A DNA stretch of 64,000 bases from Pseudomonadota bacterium. GTDB taxonomy: Archaea; Thermoplasmatota; SW-10-69-26; JACQPN01; JAJPHT01. Positions 27,973-36,868 of this stretch are shown in pieces. Below the pieces are notes generated by a model. It was given only the letters and a program-made list of their open reading frames with translations, searched no databases and was not told the origin of the DNA. Where the stretch lies: NCBI GenBank assembly GCA_021325135.1, contig JAJPHT010000022.1, forward strand, positions 32,001 through 96,000, written 5' to 3'. A program made the position numbers and the translations under genes. Each line of letters begins with the position of its first letter. The first letter of the stretch is position 1.

Positions 27973-29106
27973 GTGCGAGCCTTCGTCGCGATCCTCCTGC
28001 TGGTCCTGGCCCCCGCGCTGGAGGGATGCGCGTCGCCCCCGACGACCCCCGCTTCGGCGCCCACGGCGCCCTCCGCGCTGCCTCTCCCCACGCACGTCGG
28101 CCACGTCTTCCTCATCGTGCTGGAGAACGAGGGGTACGACACGACGTTCGGGTCCTCGCCCCCGGCGCCCTACCTGGGGGCGACGCTCCCCTCCCAGGGG
28201 CGCCTCCTCACCCAGTACTTCGCCATCGGGCACTCCAGCCTGGACAACTACGTCGCCATGGTCAGCGGCCAGGCGCCCAACCCGCAGACGCAGAACGACT
28301 GCCTCGTCTACGCGGACTTCCACGAGGCGACGACGCTGGACGGGCAGGCCGTGGGGCAGGGCTGCGTCTACCCCGCGCACGTGAAGACCATCGGCGACCA
28401 GCTCGCCGCGAAGGGGCTCTCGTGGAGGATGTACGCGGAGGACATGAACGCCTCCGCGCCTGGCGTGCCCGGCGCGTGCCGCCACCCCGCCCTCGGCTCG
28501 CGCGACCCCTGGGAGGGCGCCTCGTCCGCGAAGGACCAGTACGCGACGAAGCACGTCCCCTTCGTCTACTTCCACAGCGTGATCGACGACGAGGCCTCCT
28601 GCAAGGCGCGCGTGGTCGACCTCAACCTCCTCTCCGACGACCTCAATGACTCTGCGCGCACGCCCGCCTTCTCCTTCATCTCGCCCAACCTGTGCGACGA
28701 CGGCCACGACGCGCCCTGCGCCAGCGGCGCGCCGGGCGGCTACAAGTCCATCGACGCGTTCCTCCAGGCCTGGGTCCCGCGCATCGTGAACTCCACCGCA
28801 TACCAGAAGGACGGCCTCCTCATCGTCACGTTCGACGAGTCCGACGGCGAGGACGACAGCACGGCGTGCTGCAACGAGCCCGCGGGCTACAACACGCTCC
28901 AGCCCGGCCTCACGGGGCCCGGAGGCGGCCACGTGGGCGCCGTCCTCCTCTCGCGCTGCCTCGCGGCGGGCACGAAGGACGACACGCCCTACAACCACTA
29001 CTCGCTCCTGCGCACGCTGGAGGACGACTTCGGCGTGGACCACCTGGGCTACGCGGGGCAGGGCGGGCTCAAGGACCTGGACCTGGGCGCGTGCGCGCTG
29101 CGTTAG
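27973..29106 (+). CDS. Phosphoesterase (acid phosphatase/phospholipase C family), probable lipoprotein
   Basis: HVFLIVLEN, H.SL.NY.A..SG, KHVPF, PNLCDDGHD, TFDE, YNHYSLLRT.ED; LEGC lipobox-like. Confidence 0.88.
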   Translation: MRAFVAILLLVLAPALEGCASPPTTPASAPTAPSALPLPTHVGHVFLIVLENEGYDTTFGSSPPAPYLGATLPSQGRLLTQYFAIGHSSLDNYVAMVSGQAPNPQTQNDCLVYADFHEATTLDGQAVGQGCVYPAHVKTIGDQLAAKGLSWRMYAEDMNASAPGVPGACRHPALGSRDPWEGASSAKDQYATKHVPFVYFHSVIDDEASCKARVVDLNLLSDDLNDSARTPAFSFISPNLCDDGHDAPCASGAPGGYKSIDAFLQAWVPRIVNSTAYQKDGLLIVTFDESDGEDDSTACCNEPAGYNTLQPGLTGPGGGHVGAVLLSRCLAAGTKDDTPYNHYSLLRTLEDDFGVDHLGYAGQGGLKDLDLGACALR

Positions 29107-29327
29107 GCCAGCAGCGCCGCGGCGTCCGCGAAGGGGCAGGAGACGCAGACGCGGTGGTTGTCCACGATGGTCTCGAAGCCGGGGCGCCCGTCGAGGCAGT
29201 GGGAGCAGACCGGCGTGTCCTGCGCGGGCCCCGCGAGGGAGAGGACGCGCTCGGCGTGGCAGGAGGGGTCGCTGGCGGAGGACAGGGGGACGAGGGCGGC
29301 GAGAAGGCAGAGGGCGACAAGGAGCAT
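29103..29327 (-). CDS. Small secreted protein with two CxxC motifs
   Basis: Signal peptide, then CSHC and CVSC. Confidence 0.5.
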   Translation of the reverse strand: MLLVALCLLAALVPLSSASDPSCHAERVLSLAGPAQDTPVCSHCLDGRPGFETIVDNHRVCVSCPFADAAALLA

Positions 29328-29428
29328 GGTTCTCAAAGGGGTTCCCCGGGCCTGGAGCGGACTGGCGCAGAAAATAACAGACGACCGTGCAGCCGGCCTT
29401 CTGCGGGCGCGGCCTTGGGGGCGGGGTG

Positions 29429-30166
29429 TCACGGCGCGCGCGCCGGCAGCCGCGGCTTGGGGCTCGTGGGCCGGAACCGCAGGCGCAGGAGCGTCTGGAG
29501 GAAGCGCACGAACTCCGAGGGGCCCAGCTTGGACTTGCCCACGGTGCGGTTCTCGAACGTGATGGGCACCTCGACGATGCGCAGGCCCGCGCGGCGCGCG
29601 AGGTGCAGCGCCTCCACCTGGAACGCGTAGCCGTCGCTCTGCGCGAGCTGCACGACGCCCGCCGCGCCGCGCACGTAGGCGCGGTAGCCGCTGGTGGCGT
29701 CGCCCACGGGGAGGCCCAGCAGCATGCGCGCGAGGAGGTTGCCCACGCCGCTGACGAGCTTGCGGTACCAGTTCCAGCCCACGATGCGCCCCTGCGGCGT
29801 GTAGCGCGAGCCCACCGCGACGTCGGCGCCGCTCTCCACGGCCTCGATGAGCGCGGGAAGATAGCGCGGGTCGTGGGAGAGGTCGGCGTCCATCTCGAAG
29901 ACGACGTCCCCCTTCGCCGCCGCGAAGCCGTCGCGGTACGCGCTGCCCAGGCCGCTCTTGGCGGGGCGCTGGATCACGCGGATCGGGTGCTTGGCCGCCA
30001 GGTCCCGGGCAAGGTCCGCCGTGCCGTCAGGGCTCGAGTCGTCCACGACCACGATCTCGTAGTCGATGGGCATGTGCTCGGCGATGGCCGCGACAAGGCG
30101 AGGCAGGTTCTGCCGCTCGTTGTAGGTCGGCACCACGATGCTCGCGTGACGCGCCCGGCGATCCAT
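29429..30166 (-). CDS. Polyprenol/dolichol-phosphate mannosyltransferase (GT2, DPM1-like)
   Basis: VVPTYNE, VVDDSSPDGT, GLGSAY, MDADLSH, GSRY, DATSGYR. Confidence 0.92.
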   Translation of the reverse strand: MDRRARHASIVVPTYNERQNLPRLVAAIAEHMPIDYEIVVVDDSSPDGTADLARDLAAKHPIRVIQRPAKSGLGSAYRDGFAAAKGDVVFEMDADLSHDPRYLPALIEAVESGADVAVGSRYTPQGRIVGWNWYRKLVSGVGNLLARMLLGLPVGDATSGYRAYVRGAAGVVQLAQSDGYAFQVEALHLARRAGLRIVEVPITFENRTVGKSKLGPSEFVRFLQTLLRLRFRPTSPKPRLPARAP

Positions 30167-30310
30167 GCGCCCGCGGCTCGCTGCTGCGAGAAAATCGCCT
30201 GTGGTACACCCGTGGAAGGCGTCCGGCTGACCGGCTGGAGGCCGCTTCCCCGCTTCGGCCCGCGCCCTCTGTACCAGAAACCACTCCAACCACGCGGCCG
30301 ACGCGCGCGC

Positions 30311-31336
30311 ATGGCCTCGTCCAGGCTCAAGGCTGCCCTCCTTCTCGGTCTCGGCCTGGCGCTCCTCGCCGCCATGGTCCTCTGGGTGGGGCCCTCCAAG
30401 GTGCTCCTCGCCCTCTCGCGCGCCTCGCCGGTCTACCTCGCGCTGGCGTTGGCCGCCTACGCGACGTTCTTCGTGCTGCGCGGCTGGCGCTGGAAGACGC
30501 TCTTCGCCCAGAGCGCGCCCGAGGTGCGCATGCGCTCGACGACGGGCATCACCGCCGTGGGCTGGCTCGCCAACAGCATCCTGCCCCTCAAGGGCGGCGA
30601 CGTGCTGCGCGCGGCCCTCCTGGCGAAGAAGGAGAAGGTGGGCCTCGGGCCCGCCGCCAGCACCGTCGCCCTGGAGCGCGTGCTGGACATGCTGGGCCTC
30701 GCCATCGTCGCCGCCGTGGGGCTCCTCCTCGTGCCCGACGACGGCGCGCTGCCCCGCGGCATCGCCCGCGCGCTGGAGATCGCGTGGATCCTCCCCATCG
30801 CGGGCCTCGTCATCCTCGCCGTCCTGGTCGTCATGCGCGACCGCGTGATCGCGCTGGCCACGCGCACCGTGGGCCAGTGGGGGCCCTTCGGCGTCCGCCT
30901 GGTGGAGTACCTCGCGACGACGCTCGCGGGCCTCGCCGCCCTGGCCAAGCGCCCGCGCCTGCTGCTTGCCCTCGTGCCGCAGAGCGTCGTCGTCGCCATC
31001 GCGCAGGCGGCCGTGTTCGCCTTCCTCGTGGAGGCGTTCCTGCCTGGCACGCCGCTTCTGCTGGCCTTCGGCGGCGCGAGCCTCTTCCTGCTCTCGTTCG
31101 TCGTGAGCATCACGCCGGGCAACGTGGGCACCTACGAGGCGGCCTTCGTCGCCGTCTACGCCGCGCTGGGCCTCCCCACGGCCCTCGTCGTCCCCGCGGC
31201 CATCCTCACGCACCTCACGACCACCATGATCGTCGCCCTGCTGGGAAGCCTCGGGCTCCTCTCGCTGGGCGTCGGGAGCAAGGGATTCTCGTGGCTTCCC
31301 GCGCGCCTCTCGCGCCCCAGGAGTGAGACGCCGTGA
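30311..31336 (+). CDS. LPG-synthase TM / AglD2-like flippase-domain membrane protein
   Basis: R.WRW, N..LP..GGD..R, ER..D, TPG..G.YE. Confidence 0.85.
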   Translation: MASSRLKAALLLGLGLALLAAMVLWVGPSKVLLALSRASPVYLALALAAYATFFVLRGWRWKTLFAQSAPEVRMRSTTGITAVGWLANSILPLKGGDVLRAALLAKKEKVGLGPAASTVALERVLDMLGLAIVAAVGLLLVPDDGALPRGIARALEIAWILPIAGLVILAVLVVMRDRVIALATRTVGQWGPFGVRLVEYLATTLAGLAALAKRPRLLLALVPQSVVVAIAQAAVFAFLVEAFLPGTPLLLAFGGASLFLLSFVVSITPGNVGTYEAAFVAVYAALGLPTALVVPAAILTHLTTTMIVALLGSLGLLSLGVGSKGFSWLPARLSRPRSETP

Positions 31337-32556
31337 AGGCCGCCATGACGTACCCCACCTACGTCCACGACCTCGTCGAGGGCGTCAGCAAGAACGTGCA
31401 CCACCTCCGCGAGGCGCTCAACGAGCGGGGCGTCGACGCCGTGGACGACTCGCCCCGCGTCGACGTCGCCGACATGAACAGCAAGATCGTGTACGTGAAG
31501 CAGGGCGTCCGCGCCTACAAGCGCGTGCGCGCCGCGCTGGAGGACCCCAGCGTGGACGTCGTCCACTACCACGTCTCCATCCCCGGCATGGCCGTGTGGG
31601 CGGCGCTGGCCCGCGCGCGCAGCCGCAGCCGCACGCCCATGGTGCTCCACCTCTGGAACCCGTGGTTCGACGCCAACGACATCCACGTCGACGCGGGCCG
31701 CGACGCGAGCTATCACCGCCTCTTCAACGGCGCGTTCACCGCGACGCCGTGGCTCGCCAGCTTCGATGGCATCGTCGTCTCCAGCGACTACCAGCGCCGC
31801 CAGCTCGCGGCCCGGGGCATCCCGCGCGTGAGCGTCATCCCCAACGGCGTGGACCTCGACGCGTACCCGCCGGCCCCGGCCGACTCGACGCGCCGCAACG
31901 CCCGCCGCGAGCTTGGCCTCCCCGTCGACCGCACGCTCCTTCTCTACTACGGCCACCTGACGCCGTGGAAGGGCGTGCGCGTGCTCGTCGACGCGCTGCC
32001 CCGCGCCCTGGCCGAGAACCCCGACGCGGACCTCGTCATCGCGCGCACGCGCTACGGCCGGGACGAGCGGGCGATCCGCGACCGGCTGCGCCAGCTGGGC
32101 CTCCTGGACCGCGTGCGCTTCCTGGGCGTCTGCGACGTGCCGCTCCTCCTTCAGGCCGTCGACTGCGGCGTCGTGCCCGCCACCGCGGCCGTGGGGACCG
32201 CGTGCCACCCCAACGTCGTGCTGGAGTACCACAGCGCGGGCGTGCCCATCGTCGCCTCGCACGTGGGGAGCATCCCCGAGGCGGTCCTGGCGGACGAGAC
32301 GGGCCTCCTCGCGACGCCCGGCGACCCGCAGGACCTGGGCGACAAGCTCGCGCGCCTGCTCTCCGACGAGCCGCTGCGGCGCCGCATGGGGCAGGCCGCG
32401 CGCCGGCACGCCGAGGCGCAGTTCGACTGGCGCGACATCGCGCGCCGCTACGAGGCCGCGCTGGGCGACGTCATCGGCGCCTCCAGCGCCGAGCGCGCGG
32501 GCCGCGACGCGACGCGCGCCTGGCTGCGCGCCTCGCGGGCTCGCCGCTCCCCGTAA
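31333..32556 (+). CDS. GT4 glycosyltransferase
   Basis: VIPNGVD, KG...L..A, VLEY...G.PIVAS.VG.IPE. Confidence 0.88.
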   Translation: MKAAMTYPTYVHDLVEGVSKNVHHLREALNERGVDAVDDSPRVDVADMNSKIVYVKQGVRAYKRVRAALEDPSVDVVHYHVSIPGMAVWAALARARSRSRTPMVLHLWNPWFDANDIHVDAGRDASYHRLFNGAFTATPWLASFDGIVVSSDYQRRQLAARGIPRVSVIPNGVDLDAYPPAPADSTRRNARRELGLPVDRTLLLYYGHLTPWKGVRVLVDALPRALAENPDADLVIARTRYGRDERAIRDRLRQLGLLDRVRFLGVCDVPLLLQAVDCGVVPATAAVGTACHPNVVLEYHSAGVPIVASHVGSIPEAVLADETGLLATPGDPQDLGDKLARLLSDEPLRRRMGQAARRHAEAQFDWRDIARRYEAALGDVIGASSAERAGRDATRAWLRASRARRSP

Positions 32557-32697
32557 GGGGCCCTCCGCCGCCCGGCTCCGCGGTCCGTTCGACGGTCCCG
32601 GCGCCAGGGAGGCGGGCGTCTTCCACGATAGTACCAGAAAGGTCCAGCCCTCCCCGAGGAGCCCTCGCGCAGCCACCCCGCCAGGGGGAACTTCACC

Positions 32698-33375
32698 ATG
32701 ATCGCCAAGACCTCCACCTTCGCCACGCTCGTGCTCGCCTGCGCCCTGGCGCTGGCGGCGCCCCTCGTCGCCGCCCAGGACAACTCGGCGATGCACGGCC
32801 AGGACTCCGAGTTCGGCAGCGTCAGGGCCCCCTACACGCTCACCATCAACGGGCAGCGGGCCCACATCGACGGGCACGTCATCCTCAAGACGACGTACTC
32901 CGAGCAGAACGCCCGCTTCTTCATGTTCGCCATCAGCGTCGAGAACTCGCCCTCCCTCGACGTCACGTACGACCACCTCGTCCGCACGGACACCAACAAG
33001 GAGCTGCCCTGCGTGCGCCCCAAGGAGGGCGACTCGCACAGCAGCCTGCGCTGCTTCGTGGACCTCAAGGACCTCCCGCCCACCGGCACGGAGATCCTTA
33101 TCCAGGGCACCGTGGGCGCCAGCAAGCTGGGCAGCTTCCAGGTGGGCTTCAACGTCATCGCCTTCGACTACAACTACGCCAAGGTCAAGATGAGCAACGG
33201 GCTGGAGGCCGAGCTGTACGGCTACAGCGAGGTCACGGTCCAGAAGACGACCGCCCAGGAGAGCGGCGGGCTCATCGGCATGGGCAACAAGGTGCCGGCC
33301 CCGGGCGTCGCGGGCGTCCTCGCCGTGGGCGCCCTGGCCGCGGTCCTCCTGGGCGCGCGCAGGCGCCGCGCCTGA
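32698..33375 (+). CDS. Secreted protein with PGF-CTERM-like (VPAP) anchor
   Basis: Signal peptide; C-terminal VPAPG-TM-RRRRA. Confidence 0.7.
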   Translation: MIAKTSTFATLVLACALALAAPLVAAQDNSAMHGQDSEFGSVRAPYTLTINGQRAHIDGHVILKTTYSEQNARFFMFAISVENSPSLDVTYDHLVRTDTNKELPCVRPKEGDSHSSLRCFVDLKDLPPTGTEILIQGTVGASKLGSFQVGFNVIAFDYNYAKVKMSNGLEAELYGYSEVTVQKTTAQESGGLIGMGNKVPAPGVAGVLAVGALAAVLLGARRRRA

Positions 33376-33422
33376 GCCCCCCTTTCGCGAGCTTCAAGCC
33401 CGAAGCGAGCCCTGCCCGCCGC

Positions 33423-34382
33423 GTGGACGTGGCCAGCGGCAACGGCGTGCAGGTCGCTTCGGGGGGCCGGACCCTCTTCCTCGACCCCAAGCGCGCCACC
33501 GCCTCGTCTGTCGTGACGCACGGGCACACGGACCACCTCGTGCCCGACGCGCACATGACGCCCCCCACGCTGGATTTCCTGCGCGTCCGCAAGCCCGCCC
33601 GCAACGGGAGCCCGCTCCCCTACGGGAAGACGATGGAGATCGCGGGCATGTCCGTCCTCCTCCACGACGCGGGCCACATCTTCGGCAGCGCCATGGTGGA
33701 GGTCACGACGCCGGAAGGAACGCTCCTCTACACGGGCGACTTCAATCCGCGCGGCAGCTTCACCACGGGGAAGGCCGAGCCGCGCGAGGTCCGCGTGCTC
33801 GTCACCGAGAGCACGTATGGCGACCCCCGCTTCGACCTGCCGCCGCGCGAGCTGGTGCTGGAGAGCCTGGAGGCGTGGGCGCTCAACCGGCTCCTCAAGG
33901 GGCCCGTGGCGCTGGGCGCCTACCCCCTGGGGCGCGCGCAGGAGTTGATCTTCCTTGCGAACCGCGCGGGGGTCACGCCCATCGTGAGCCCCGAGATCGG
34001 CGCGTTGACCGCCGTCTACAACGCCCACGGGCACGACCTGGGCTACGCCGTGCTGGGCACCGAGCGGGCGCGCGACCTCGCCCCCAGCGGCGCGCTCCAC
34101 ATCGTGCCCCGCGAGTGGCTCAAGCGCGACCACGACTTCGCGCGCGGGCTGGAGGCGCGCGGCGGCTCCGCGGCGTACCTCAGCGGCTGGTGCCATCGCT
34201 ACAGCTACTTCGGCGCGTTCGCCATCCAGGCGCAGTTCGCCTTGAGCGACCACGCGAGCTTCCCCGATCTCGTGGCGTTCGCCGAGGCCTGCCGCCCGCA
34301 GCGAGTCTACACGATGCACGGCGCCGCCTCGCACCTGGCTCGCGAGCTGCGCAAGCGGGGGCTCCAGGCCGAGCCCCTGTAA
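33423..34382 (+). CDS. Metallo-beta-lactamase/beta-CASP-like nuclease
   Basis: THGHTDH, AGHIFGS, YTGDF, TESTYG, Y.LGRAQE, LSDHA, HG. Confidence 0.88.
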   Translation: MDVASGNGVQVASGGRTLFLDPKRATASSVVTHGHTDHLVPDAHMTPPTLDFLRVRKPARNGSPLPYGKTMEIAGMSVLLHDAGHIFGSAMVEVTTPEGTLLYTGDFNPRGSFTTGKAEPREVRVLVTESTYGDPRFDLPPRELVLESLEAWALNRLLKGPVALGAYPLGRAQELIFLANRAGVTPIVSPEIGALTAVYNAHGHDLGYAVLGTERARDLAPSGALHIVPREWLKRDHDFARGLEARGGSAAYLSGWCHRYSYFGAFAIQAQFALSDHASFPDLVAFAEACRPQRVYTMHGAASHLARELRKRGLQAEPL

Positions 34383-34429
34383 CAGCGGGCGCCCGACGCG
34401 CCGCTGCTCGCGCCATCGCGCAAGGGCGG

Positions 34430-34790
34430 AGCTAGATGAATGGTGTGAAAGCAAGGATCGGGCCGCTAACATTATCCTCTGGACGACCATGCAAGGTCGC
34501 TCCCGGGCCGCAAGATCCCGCCTAACAAAACTCTTCCCCGGGAGTCGTCCCCGTGGGCCCGCAGGCCCGCCCCCTTTGCTCAAGCAACCTGCGGGCCCTT
34601 CTGCTCACCGTCAGGAAGAAAGGTCCCGCCGCGAGGAGGCTGAACGGGCGGCGGGTGCTGGGAGGCTGCCCGGCAAGGCCGGGTCGGAGGCTACGGGGGC
34701 AGCCCGCGTCCGCGAGCCGCTCCGCGTGGCCTCGTTCCTCCACGTGACCATAAGCTCCTCGCTTTCGCGCCAGGCCCGTTCGTCACGATG
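34430..34790. ncRNA. Candidate ~350-nt structured ncRNA between convergent genes
   Basis: Series of stems (GGGCCCGCAGG/CCTGCGGGCCC, CCCGCCGC/GCGGCGGG, GGCTGCCC/GGGCAGCC, CGACC/GGTCG); no credible ORF. Confidence 0.35.
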
Positions 34791-34803
34791 ACGGCGCGCG
34801 CCG

Positions 34804-35151
34804 TCACGGTGACGGTCGCCTGGGGGAGTGCTTGCGGACGCGCACGTCCTCGGTGAGGACCAGCCCCTCGGCCACGAGCGCGGCGACCTCGGGGAGGACG
34901 GCCTCGATCTTCTCCGGGCGGTCCACGGCCTCGATGAGGATGGGGAGGTCCTGCGACAAGCGCAGCGGGCTCGCGGCGTGGAGGACCGATTTGGCGCCGA
35001 AGCCCATGACGCCGCGGAAGGCGGTGGCGCCCCAGAGGCCGCGCTCGCGCAGCAGCTTCACCAGGTGCTTGTAGAGCGCCTCGTGGCCGTGCTTGTCCGC
35101 CTCGCCCACGTAGATGCGCAGGATCATCGCGCGCTCGCCCAGGTCGTCCAC
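34804..35151 (-). CDS. DUF190 (PII-like) protein
   Basis: LRIYVGE.D, GAT.FRG..GFG, LS.DLP; adjacent to crcB. Confidence 0.88.
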   Translation of the reverse strand: MDDLGERAMILRIYVGEADKHGHEALYKHLVKLLRERGLWGATAFRGVMGFGAKSVLHAASPLRLSQDLPILIEAVDRPEKIEAVLPEVAALVAEGLVLTEDVRVRKHSPRRPSP

Positions 35152-35155
35152 GGGA

Positions 35156-35551
35156 TCACCTCGCCGCCGGGATCGCCAGCGCCAGCGCGCGCCCCGCGAG
35201 CGCCATGCCGAGGCTGCCAAGGATCGTGAGGGCCGCGTAGGCCGCGGCGCGCGCCACCTCGCCGTCGTCCAGGAAGGCCGTGGTCTCGTAGGCGAAGCTG
35301 CTCATGGTGGTGAACCCTCCCAGGACGCCGGTGACGAAGAAGACGCGCGCGTCGGGGCCGAGCCAGCCCTGGTTGAAGCCGCCGAAGACCAAGAGCGCGA
35401 TGAGGAAGGAGCCCGAGAGGTTCACGAGCACCGTGCCCCACGGGAAGTCCGCGCGCGTGAGCCACACGCCCGCGAAGTAGCGCAGCACGCACCCCAGCGC
35501 GCCCCCCAGCGCGACGAGGCCCGCCGCGCGCAGCGACCAGTCCGCAGCCAT
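35156..35551 (-). CDS. crcB: Fluoride efflux channel Fluc
   Basis: GGALG..LRY, FPWGT..VN..G, TG.LGGFTT.SSF..ET. Confidence 0.93.
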   Translation of the reverse strand: MAADWSLRAAGLVALGGALGCVLRYFAGVWLTRADFPWGTVLVNLSGSFLIALLVFGGFNQGWLGPDARVFFVTGVLGGFTTMSSFAYETTAFLDDGEVARAAAYAALTILGSLGMALAGRALALAIPAAR

Positions 35552-35646
35552 CGGGGCGCCACGCGGGCCGCGCCGCTTGACCCCTTCGATCCGTCGCCCC
35601 GCGGAGCTTCGACGGCTTCAGGCGCACCCGGCGCGTGCCCACGCGC

Positions 35647-36117
35647 ATGGCCGCGGCCGGCGCCGCCTTCACCCCCGGCTCGCTCCTTCAGGGGGCATGG
35701 GACCTCCTCCGCGAGCACCCCCTTCCGCTGCTCCTGCCCCTGGTGGTCATGGGCCTCGTGGGCCTCGCGCTGATGGCCATCGTCCTGGTCTTCCTGCTCC
35801 TCGCGGCGCAGGTCGTCGTGTGGCTCGTCACGATGGAGTCCGCGCGGCTCGCCCTGGCCCGCCGCGAGGCGCCTCGCCTGGGAGAGGGGTGGCGGTCGGT
35901 GTAGCGGCGCGCGACCGAAGGGCGCCGCGGCGAGCTGGTCCTCGCGCTCCTCGTCCTCGTCGTCGCGCAGGTGGCGGCCGACGCCCTCCTGGGCCTGCTG
36001 CCGGCGCTTGGCGCGCTGCTGGCGGGCGTCGTCGCGGGCCTCTTCGGCGCGGCGCGGGCGGCGACGCTGGCCGTCTACCGCCACAGGAGGCTTTCAAGCA
36101 CGGCGCCGGCCCCATGA
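35647..36117 (+). pseudogene. Shorter paralog of the downstream membrane protein with in-frame TAG at 35902-35904
   Basis: Both sides of the TAG align with 36122..36862 (LLREHPLPLLLPLV vs LLKAHPVSLLLPLV; ATEGRRGELVLA vs LTRGHRWSLFLA). Confidence 0.55.
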
Positions 36118-36121
36118 TATC

Positions 36122-36862
36122 ATGGACAGCCCCGCCCTCCGCCCCGGCGCGCTCCTCTCCGAGACGCTCGACCTCCTCAAGGCGCACCCCGTCTCCCTGC
36201 TCCTGCCCCTGGTCCTCCTCGGCCTCGTGGACGGCGGCGGCCAGGGGCAGCCCCGCTACGCGTTCCGCCCCGGTGAGTCGCCCCTGCTCCTGCTGCCCTT
36301 CTTCGCGTTCCTGGGCGTCGTCGCGCTGGTGGTGGTCGCGCTCCTCGTCGCCGCCACCTGCTTCGCGGTCCTCATGACCGCCAAGGCCGCGCGCGCCGCG
36401 TCCATGGAGAGCCGCGGCATGGACCTCGCCGAGGCGTTCCGCGAGGCGCGCCCCCTCTTCGTGCCCAGCCTCGGCACGTTCCTCCTCTGGCTCCTCGTGG
36501 TGGCCGTGGGCTTCGTCCTCCTCGTGGTGCCGGGCTTCATCGCCCTTGCGGGCCTCCTCCCGCTCCCCGGCGTCGTCGTGGCGGAGGGCCTCCAGGGGAC
36601 GGCCGCGCTGCGCCGCGCGTGGGACCTCACCCGCGGCCACCGCTGGAGCCTCTTCCTCGCCATCGTGCTGCTCTTCGTCATCGACCTCGCCGCGAGCGTG
36701 CTGCTGCGCTGGATCCCCTTCGTGGGCGCCGCGCTGGCGGGCCTCGTGGGCGGCGCCGTGCTCGCGGCCAGCGTCGTCCTGGGCGTGTGCGCGCACGAGC
36801 ACCTGCGCCACGACGCGCCGCGCCACGCCGGCGTCGTCGCGCAGGGCGCGCCCTTCCCGTGA
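36122..36862 (+). CDS. YciC/UPF0259-like integral membrane protein
   Basis: Multi-TM; G..LLVVPG, AL.RAW.LTRG motif. Confidence 0.7.
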   Translation: MDSPALRPGALLSETLDLLKAHPVSLLLPLVLLGLVDGGGQGQPRYAFRPGESPLLLLPFFAFLGVVALVVVALLVAATCFAVLMTAKAARAASMESRGMDLAEAFREARPLFVPSLGTFLLWLLVVAVGFVLLVVPGFIALAGLLPLPGVVVAEGLQGTAALRRAWDLTRGHRWSLFLAIVLLFVIDLAASVLLRWIPFVGAALAGLVGGAVLAASVVLGVCAHEHLRHDAPRHAGVVAQGAPFP

Positions 36863-36868
36863 GGCGGC

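Noticed and set aside
34430-34790. RNase P RNA, SRP RNA or fluoride riboswitch
   Set aside because: Universal signature motifs not found on either strand, and the region lies downstream, not upstream, of crcB.
35902-35904. Pyrrolysine recoding
   Set aside because: TAG is an ordinary stop in core genes here (top6B, top6A, lsm, gdhA) and no pyl genes are visible.
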